The notes beneath the pieces are model-generated. The model worked only from the letters and a program-made list of their open reading frames with translations. It made no database searches and was not told the origin of the DNA. A program made the position numbers and the translations under genes. A stretch of DNA of 64,000 nucleotides from Callorhinchus milii. Its lineage: Eukaryota. Positions 54,658-64,000 of the stretch are shown here, piece after piece (the stretch's first letter is position 1; each line of letters starts with the position of its first letter). The stretch covers positions 66,776,001-66,840,000 of the forward strand of contig NW_024704742.1 of the NCBI RefSeq assembly GCF_018977255.1, written 5' to 3'.

Positions 54658-57600
54658 AGCTATAAGTGCTAATAATGTCCACGTTTGGACCACGTTGAAG
54701 ACATTTCTCAACTTTCGCTAGCCCAATTTTCCTTTTGCCAACCACCGGTCCGATTTTACCCTCCTGGTAATATTTGTGCTCCTGGAAACACTGAGTTTAT
54801 TACCCCTGCTAGGGCATAATCTGACAATATTGGAAGTAGCTACCACAGACACCTGGATGATTTTTTACCGATTTTTCTCTTCTGAAGAAGTACTCCCAAC
54901 TAAAAACCTCTTTTTGGTCTATGGTCACCTCCACCTTTCCCCCCACTTGGTGTCTGACCTAGCCACTGTGCAGTTCTCCAAAACTATCTGAAGGGTGTCA
55001 TAGAAATGCTGCTGATGTTGCCTCTGGTAAATTTACTCAGTTGACTGAATGGCCTTCCTCTGTGAAGCAAATGTGTAAACCTGGTTGATTTTCCCCTCCC
55101 AAATCCCAGGCATTGCCACCTGTAGTGCCCAGCTAACTAAATACAGGAATTCACCCCCACTATACTTTCAGTTGTGTATGTCCTAATCAAAAATCACATA
55201 CAATTTTGAGTTGATGTTGGCTAATTTGGTAACCAGCTCTTTATCTCCAAGCCGTAAGCTTTGGAATCATCCTGATCGCTCTTCTCTGAACCCTTTGACA
55301 CAGCGATGTCCTTTTCAAAACTGCACACAGTATTCTAAATGCGACCTGAATAACAATCTATACAAGGTCAGAATAACTTGCTTCAATCCATAATTAAATG
55401 TCTTTGCGATTTACCCCACTACTTAATTAGTCTAGATCATATTGACTCAAATCCCGCCAAAAAATGGCCAAAAATTACATACAAAATCCCCTTCCTTCCT
55501 TCCTTCCTTCCACATTAGCAAACATCCCATTGACATTATATTATATTTATAGCCATACTGATAGGACTAACTTATTCTGGACTGGATGCTCCTATCTGAA
55601 GCTTACCATTCTACGAATACAGTACTGTAGTATCTATCTCAATAATACTTTTCACTTTGCCACATTGCTTACTGTCAGCATCAATTTTGTAATTTTACAG
55701 CAAGTACCTTCCTTCATATACTTTAAGATCAGTGTGAACGTGGGGGGGCACAGTGGACCCAGTAGAACTCCAGGCTTTACCAAGCCAGAGCTTTTCTCAC
55801 TTAGAATTCAAGTCATGCTTTATACAACAACCAACATAGTGCCGTTTATGTGAGGTAGCATCTTGGAGCAATTAAATTACCAATTTCTATTCCCAAACAT
55901 AGGAACAGGAGGAGGCCATTCAGCCCTTTGAGCCTGTTCCGCTTTTTAATTAGATCATGGCGGTCTGTATCTCAACTAATCATTTCAATTAGAATTTCCC
56001 ACTTTCTCCTCATATCCCTTAATACTCTGATCTACCAAAAATATAGGAACTATAGGAACAAACCATATATTCAACCCATCCAACTAACCGTATGAGCCTT
56101 AATTGTTTTTACAAAACATCACATGTGGAACTTTATCAAATGCCTTCTGAACCTCAATTAAATAATATTGACAAGTTAATGTTGGTCCATTCTTCACAGG
56201 GTCCCATAGTATCAGTATGTTTCATTAGCCATGTGCAATTAGCTGCCGGGTTTTACCTACAAAATATATAGTCAATTCAATTTACAGTATATTCTGTGAA
56301 GCACTTTTGAGACGTTTGAACGATGTGATAAAGCGCTTTATCAAATGCAAGGATTATTATTATTAAAAGTGAAGTCAACAGGTTGAACTAACTAAAGGAA
56401 GAAAATTCTCTGAAAGCTGTAAGGATTCAATGTGAAATCCATCGCAATCCAGTTCTATATTGGCAAAGTATGGCTGGTGCTACAATTAGAAAAATGACAC
56501 CAGTGCACATTGGGCTGCTTATTTGAGGTTGGTATTAATACAATGATTGTACAGAGGAAACAGAGCTTTCCTTTACACCTGATTGTGTGAGAACTGTGCT
56601 GGATGCTGACAATGGGTTCACAAAATTGAAAACCGCTTATTTTCTACGACATTCTTCCTCTTGATGAGGACAAAGAAAGATTGATGAATCTTTCACCTTT
56701 TTGTCATAACTATTTGAAGTAACAAAGAGTCATGTTGTTAGATTGAGTCTCAATGACAATGCGGTGCGGTATTATATAGTTTGTGTGTAATTAACAGCAA
56801 CTGAAGGCTCCTGTAATTCAATTTACCATTAATTGCCAATTTATAGGTCAATCGTGATTTGTGAATGGCTTTTGAATACTAATTCACTGCTTCGAAAAGT
56901 GGTAATTAGGAGAATTTTTTTTATCAGTCCTATTTCTCCAAACCTAATGTGCACATATGATATGCATCTGCATCTTAGGTCAGTCCCTTTACAGTAGTTG
57001 CTTCCATTACATACAGATCATGAAGGAGCTTTTACCTGTTAAAGATATTAGTATTCCACTTCATATGGTTTTATTGGGATGATTAGATATAATGCCTTGG
57101 AATGAGGACAATATCCTGCAAACGAAAGCTTGACAGTGTGCACGTGGGCATATTTGTCCAAACATGCCAAGGCAGTAGGGCAAGAGGACACAGGTTCAGT
57201 GTTGTGAAGGGCAATTTTAGGACTGAGAGGTGGAAGTATGTATTTACATAGAAGGCAATTAATAACAGGAATGAGTTATCAGGGAAAGTGGTTGAAACAA
57301 GAAAGCTGGACTAATTTACAATAACTTGATGCAATAATGCCACTTGCCCATCCTAACCATGTGTGCAGTGTTGGATATTCTAGAAGGATGAGATCAAATA
57401 GACCAAATGGCCTTATTCACCAATTCCTTTGTTGCAAAAACTAGTCATTAAGAGAATTCCAGCTTTGCCAGTACATCACTACAAACTTCATGATGTGAAC
57501 TTGATTTTCGCCCACAAAACAGTCAATTCACTTTACAATATATTCTGTGAAGAGCTTTGCGAACCCTCGAAGATGTGATAAGGCGCTATATCAAATGCAA

Positions 57601-58209
57601 GGATTATTATTGTTGATTTTAATACCTAACTGATGCAAAAGTATTTAGAATTAAAAAAATGCTTAGAAACCTAATCAGTCTCATTACTTTCTGTGCTGTT
57701 TAATCAATAGGAACAAGCAGATAAAGTGAGTGGGCTGTTTCTAATTGCCATTTGCAAGTTATTTTTCTCCTAATTCACTTTAGGTTTTATCCTGTCCCAC
57801 GCACCAAACACCAGGTGGAGGATAGACAGGTGACTTGCTCAAAATCCTCTGCACCATGCTGCTCTTTTGACAGGGTTAGCATGGGCAAGTGACAAGCTCA
57901 AGCATCAGATTTGCCTTTCTTTCTCTGACAAAGTACCTTGTGTGGTGGTGATTGGGTTCCAGGAGTGGGATGAGTCACTCTGAAAAGTGGGCTGGAGAGA
58001 GCAAACATGGCCATCTCCACTTATATCCTTATATTATACTCCCTTATCTCCACTCAGTCTCCTTCGGCCTTCTTGATATACAGAACTCACTCTGTCGGAA
58101 AATCACCGATGTAAACTTTGTACCCAACAGTGCACTAGTTCACCAACATGCTACAGAATCAGCACACACAATCATCTACTAAGAGTCCGCTTTGGAACAA
58201 AGATGGTTT

Positions 58210-58520
58210 TTAAAATATGAGTCAACAGGGAAAAATTATTTCCACTGGTCAGTGAGTCAGGGACTAGAGGTCATCAATTTAAGATAGTTAGCAAATGAGC
58301 AAATGGGAACGTTAGAGGTAATTTTTTAATGTGGAGAGTGGTAAGGATATGGAATGCCCCAAATGGAGCGGGGGCTGAGGCACAACCCATATTAGCTTTC
58401 AAAAGGGAACTGGATAAATACCTAAAATGCAGTCAGCTCGATGGGTATGGGAAAAGGATTCTCGCGAGGGAGCTGTCACAGACACGATGGATCTTCCTCT
58501 GTGCCGTAAATTTGTATGGG
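58210..58520 (+). mobile_element. CR1 LINE 3' fragment
   Basis: WRVVRIWNAP...ILAFKRELDKYL. Confidence 0.75.
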
Positions 58521-58895
58521 TTTAAACTACTGAGCAATAGGCCAACAAGTTCTGACCAACTCCTTGTTTTTTTTTTAAAAATGGCGCTCACTTTTATGAG
58601 CAAACCATCCTTATTGTCACCACAAATGGAATCATCCCATTTATGATCAGCGGGCGAAGATTTCACACTATGTTACTGGTCCTATGAAGATATCAACTTT
58701 AAAAGTGAACGTTATTCAATTGATTTTAGAAATTCACGTGACTGTAAAACATAGTGATTCATAAACAAAAAAACTGCAGCTTTTTCTTGCTTATTTTCAC
58801 TGCTGACAGAGACAGACATGATTTCCTCCTTGTCGGGGTACAATCAGCATTCGCAATTCATTCCGAAATGTATCAGGAAAAGCAAAATAAATTAC

Positions 58896-59081
58896 TTAAG
58901 AATCTGGCCAGCAGTAGACTGCTCTTTTCCCCAGTAATAAAGGTCTAATCCAAACGGTATCACCGGGGCTCTTTCCTTCTCTTCTTCCCTTTTCCTCTTA
59001 TTACTGTCATGTTCCTCTGACAACCCAGGATCCACTGATGTGGACGGTTGTGCGTCTGCTTCCTCTGAGGTTCCAGGCATG
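58896..59081 (-). CDS. UVSSA: UV-stimulated scaffold protein A, internal exon (most 5' exon found in window)
   Basis: Encodes ...ERAPVIPFGLDLYYWGKEQSTAGQIL(K), resembling UVSSA RAPVVPYGVDLHYWG. Acceptor CAG before 59081 is the less certain boundary; donor AA|GTAAT, phase 2. Confidence 0.88.
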
Positions 59082-62000
59082 CTGTCGGCAGATTATTNAA
59101 AAAATCAATAGAAGATAATGTGCTGCACAATCGCTGTTTTAGTTTCATTAACCTTTGCACTAACATTCACATTAACGCAGACCCACTATGACTAACACTG
59201 CCATTATACACATTACAACTTGCCAGTGAATTTGATGAAGTTTCCAGCAAGCAACTTACTCGAAGGATTATCGATAATTCTGGAGGTCAGTGTAAGAGGG
59301 AAAGAACACAAGATACGTGCTTAGGACACTTACAAGATGCACTATGGCAAATTATACTCGCTGTTTTTTGTGCCTCACTTATCTTAGGAAATTTAGCTGC
59401 AATAGTGACAAGCTATGGCTAAATACTGGGAAGATGCAGGAATATCTTATTTTCCATTTGAACATCATTTGCTTTTGGAAAACAGCATTACAGAATGAAA
59501 TTAAAGCAAAGTACAAATCACTTCCTATGTACAATAAGCAAGAAGGAAATTGCGGAAGCACTGTAGCCCTCAAGTTGCAAGTATTCACATTGAATTAAAT
59601 ACTATAGGAAAAATAGGTTGTTAACTGATGTGGAGTTTGGGGATTAAAGACAAATAATGAAGATTGTGCTATCTTCATATTTCAAAAATGCACAAACCAG
59701 TAATCTGTTTAAAATGCATCCCATTTGGTTGCGTAAATCATGTAGTGTAAGAATTGATGCATAATTTATATCTCCATGTACACTTTTATGATCTCCAGAT
59801 TGCGCCCTGTGACTCATGCATCCGTGCAAATCGATCATTTACCTGCTGACAGGAAAGTCGAGGGTTTGACCAACACACCAGATTTACAGCAGGCTCTTTT
59901 AACATACTTACCCTCTTCGAATTTAACCCCACGGCTCAGTTTTATTATCTGCAAACTATTTTGTCAGCTAACTAACCAGGTCAGGATGGAAACAGTATCA
60001 GCACATTTTCTCCTATTTTAGACGAGCCATTTGCTCAGGCTATTGTTTATCTGTCACACTGTTGTCCCTCAGTTTTGGAAGAAAACAAGATATTTTGAAG
60101 TGTTGTGAGAGTATTCTCAGCAATGAAGATCCAGGCAAATCCATATAGCTGTTTGGAGACATTTGAGTTCCAACTTCAAATGAAGAATATTCTTCAGAAC
60201 AGGATATTTGAAAACAGTCACCAGAATTCCTTATAATCATCCAATGTCAACATTCTAATACCCAATGTCAAGGATTCTTGCTTGGTTATTCACTTTATTA
60301 TTGTTTGTGGAACAAACACACAGCGACTACATTTATACAGTAAATTCTGGGAATTTACCCCGACAATGTAATGAGACTATATAAAATGCAAGGTTTATTA
60401 TTCTCAGCACTGTGTTCTTAATGTGTACAGATTATCAATTGATGCTAATGCTCACAGGAGTTGCTGCATAATACAGGAATAAATAAATAGTTTAATTTTC
60501 TGCTTCCCTTAGTGCCACTTCACAACCAGTGAACCAGGAGCCTTATGTATCAGAATGTCAGCATATTAGCAAGACTAATTAGACTTTCTCAAATCTTAAA
60601 ATCTCCCAGAGAAACAAAAACAATGAGATGGGTAATACAATGGGGTCTGTGCGTTTTAAATCTGAGATGAAGTACTGTATTTTATTTGAGCAATACAATA
60701 GGCCAAAGCATCTCTAACACATAGAGGGTTTTCTCCATTGAAAACATACACATCACTCAGCCTTGCAAGGGTTAGGGTTAGGCTTTGCCTGCGATCTGAA
60801 GTCTCAGAAAGACAAACTTTCGTCATTCTATGTCCTGTAGAAGAAAATGCTGCTCAAGTCTGCCACTTCTGATGGGCGCTGAACATCTCATGGCACTATT
60901 CAAAACAAGAAGGCAGTTTCTTCTGGTGTCCTGGGCACTTCCTGGGTGTTTGTGGGATATTGCTATGTGCAAATAGGCTGCCATGTTCACCTACAAAATA
61001 CATTTTACAGTAATTCCTGTGAGTGCTTTGAGATGTCTCAATGATGTGATACGGCACTAGATCAAATAGAAGGATTTTTTTCAATACCGATAGAGCTTTT
61101 CCCAGTGATCGCACAATGTTGACGCAACTGAACAGCTTTTTAGATGCCAATGAGCAACTTCTGGACTGTTGGTTTGTAGGCAAGTGTGGCAGCTAATGGA
61201 ACATCCCACACCAGCAATGATGAATGACCTACTTATGAGCATTCCTTCTGGTGAAATTAGATGAGGGATAAATGTTGGTCAGGATATTAGGAGAACTTCC
61301 TGCTCTTCTTCAAAATAGTGCAGTGGGATCTTTACCTGATCCACAAATCACCAGATTTGTAGCATTAGCCCAATGAAACAGATAAAACTTTGCAAGACTG
61401 AACAAGCATTGTGCATGATCCAATTGAAGCTAGCAGATATTGTCAATCCTCTTGTACAGACATTCATTCATTACAAGAAAGAATTTACTGATAGTACTTT
61501 ACAGTCTCTTAACCTGAGACCTGCTAGATTCACTTCTTGTTGCATTCATTATGATGCATCATTACAAGCTCTTACATTGATCAGTGTCAAGACCAACAAA
61601 CTAATGAGAAGTCCCATGAGTTTGATCAGATTACACACAAGACAGTGATCTATACAAACTTTTCTTCAATCAGTTGTATGGGAAACATAGCATGAAGGCT
61701 CTCCACTACTAGTAAAACTGTGGTGAAATAGTGTTTCTTAGTGTTTCTCCCTCATTCAAGGGTAACGCCTTACAAGCAAGGCCATTAAGACTAGTCAACA
61801 AGAGACAATCTTAGATAGATGACTTCTCCGTTTGGGGAGAGTTTCCTGTTAAATGATCCAAAACGTCCCAACTAATTCATAAAGACCAAATACTTTCAGC
61901 TGGATTGTTTCGAGGTGCTCGGTCACTGTAACCACTGCACAAATACTTCATCCACATCCATTTCCTTCTTCCTTCAGATAAGATGTTAAAGTGAGGCCCT

Positions 62001-64000
62001 GTTTGTCTGTTCAGGAGGATGTAACAGATCCCATGATACTATTGAAAAAGAGAAGGCAGTTTGTTCCAGTGTCCTGGCCGCCAATGCTTCAGTTAGAATT
62101 CATCATTCACTTCATAGATATTTGTAGAACATGGTGTGTGAAAATTGGCTGCCGTGTTTGCCTACAAAAACATAGTCGCTACACTTTAGCGAAAACTGAC
62201 GCACTTTAAGATATTTGTATAAGGTGTTCTATCAAAGGCAAGGATTGTTATTTTATTATTTTTACAATGCTTTCTTCAATGTGCTACTATATCAGGAAAT
62301 TCCCTCAGATTTACCGAGAAAGAGTCTACTTTGCAATAGAGCAAGGGACAGTAATGATCTTTGCATTGACCAACACACAAAATACCTCCACTATTTTCTA
62401 ACTATTGAAGAGTGCATGGATCTTTAATGCCTTGTTTACACTGCACTTTCAAGGAGAATAAATCAGGTAATTGCACAATACAAAGTCAGATTTTAATTTC
62501 ATGATCCATGAGCAAACGTGTTGTAGCTTATTGAATCTGGTCAGAACCATCTTAAATATTAACTTCAGTCTCAGTTGATCACTGGTCTTCATATCCCAGG
62601 ACAAAATTCTCAGATAATCCCAGAATTATCAGTGTCCTGGGACATCCTCCCGATGGGAAAAGTGTTATACAAATGTAATTTGTTGTTGTTGTTCAAGAAG
62701 AGCATCAAACTCAACTGTTCTCAAGTATTAAACATTGCAAGTCCCACAATCAATTGCTCTTAGCCAGTTAAAATATCTTACTCCTAACTGACTTACTCCT
62801 CTCCAAATCGCGGTGTCACCTGTGGGTGTGGTCGTTGCCAAAAGAGTACCCATGTTTAAAGAGTGTTCTCCGGGCAATCCCGTGCACATCATGCAGATTC
62901 ATAAGGCTAAATAATAACAAATGTGTAGTTGTAGACAAAGATGTCAGCCAATTTGCTCACATCGTTGTCCTAGAAACAGTCTTCAAGACAATGACCAATT
63001 TTATTTGGGGGATTTTGGCCAGTACATGGGAAAAACTCCCTTCTGTTTTCAAATAGTGTCGTGGGATCTTTAAAGTCCCCGTGAACAGGCGGCGGGACCT
63101 CGGTTTAAAATCTCATATGAAGATCTGCACCTCTACCAATACAGTGCTTCCTCAATATTTTGAGCTCCAAGTCCCCTAACGTAATAATAATATAAATTAG
63201 AATATAAATAATGATCCTTGCACTTCGTATAGCGCCTTATGTCGGAAAGACGTCTCAAAGTGCTTTACAGAATTACTGTGAAATGGAGTGATTATGTATT
63301 TGTGGGGCTCCAAACCTTATGCCTCAGATGCAAGAGTACAACCAACTGAGCCAGGCTGACACCTCATTTCAGCTCGTAGCCAAGTATACAATAGAACCAA
63401 AGTCTCGAGACTCTGTGGAATATAGTTTGACTGACTGGTTTACAGGCACACTTGCCGGTGATCATGCAGTGGTGACAACCACTAACCTTATTAGGAATCA
63501 CTTTGCAGCTTTTTAAAGACAGAGCAGTCTTTATTGATATCTCACTAGGTGCACTGACATCTCATTTATCCTACTGAAGTAAGAGGAGAGACTCTCACCT
63601 ATAAAAAAAATTGGCTGCTTTCAGAGGCTATTCAGAAACTATTAATAGGTGATTAGAAGAGTTTTCTACAAGATAAAGCGACACTGAGTCACCTTAGATT
63701 TTTGGCACACGTTGCAGAAGAGAAACAAAATGTAAGTAACAGTTTATACGGCAAATGAATCAGTTTGTTCTCAACAGGAATCTGGTGGCCCAACAATGAA
63801 TGAGACAAGAGGGAACTGTACAAATAGCAATAATAATTTGCATTTATATAGCTACCTTCTCGCAGGATAGTATCTGAGCACTGTATAACGCACTTAATGT
63901 TAAAACACAAATTGGTCCTAGTGGAGATTGATATATCAATCATACCAAATTGCCAAATAATCATAGATATGTAAGATGAGGTCCCTCCTGCTACCTTTGT

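Noticed and set aside
63689..63760. Possible further upstream UVSSA exon (SATCAKNL followed by a GTGAC donor-like site)
   Set aside because: No suitable AG acceptor and no recognisable UVSSA similarity.

Overview
Vertebrate (eukaryotic) genomic DNA. The abundant Deu-domain SINEs, L2 and CR1 LINEs suggest a cartilaginous fish, probably a holocephalan such as Callorhinchus; this is an inference. There are two protein-coding genes, arranged tail to tail. (1) A complete two-exon NK1-class homeobox gene lies on the + strand (CDS 15877-16339 joined to 21318-22171, 438 aa). It is called NKX1-1 from its eh1 motif, its NK1 homeodomain and its position next to UVSSA. (2) The last five coding exons of UVSSA lie on the - strand (59081-58896, 50834-50651, 42216-42105, 39104-38921, 31723-31630); all splice phases are compatible and the earlier exons were not found in the window. 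The rest is tRNA-headed Deu-type SINEs of three architectures, L2 and CR1 fragments (one ~1.9 kb L2 RT remnant carries a SINE inside it), an unclassified dispersed repeat, a putative MITE, microsatellites, a 22 x 23-bp minisatellite and several TAAT-rich unique blocks that may be enhancers. I see no prokaryotic-type system or CRISPR array and nothing I can support as a wholly new biological system. The best leads are regulatory or evolutionary: an E-box minisatellite, a duplicated intronic block, a 3'UTR built by duplication of the NKX1-1 stop region, a promoter motif re-copied in the intron, a weak donor inside the UVSSA zinc finger, and SINE/LINE tail sharing. Repeat boundaries are read by eye and are approximate.
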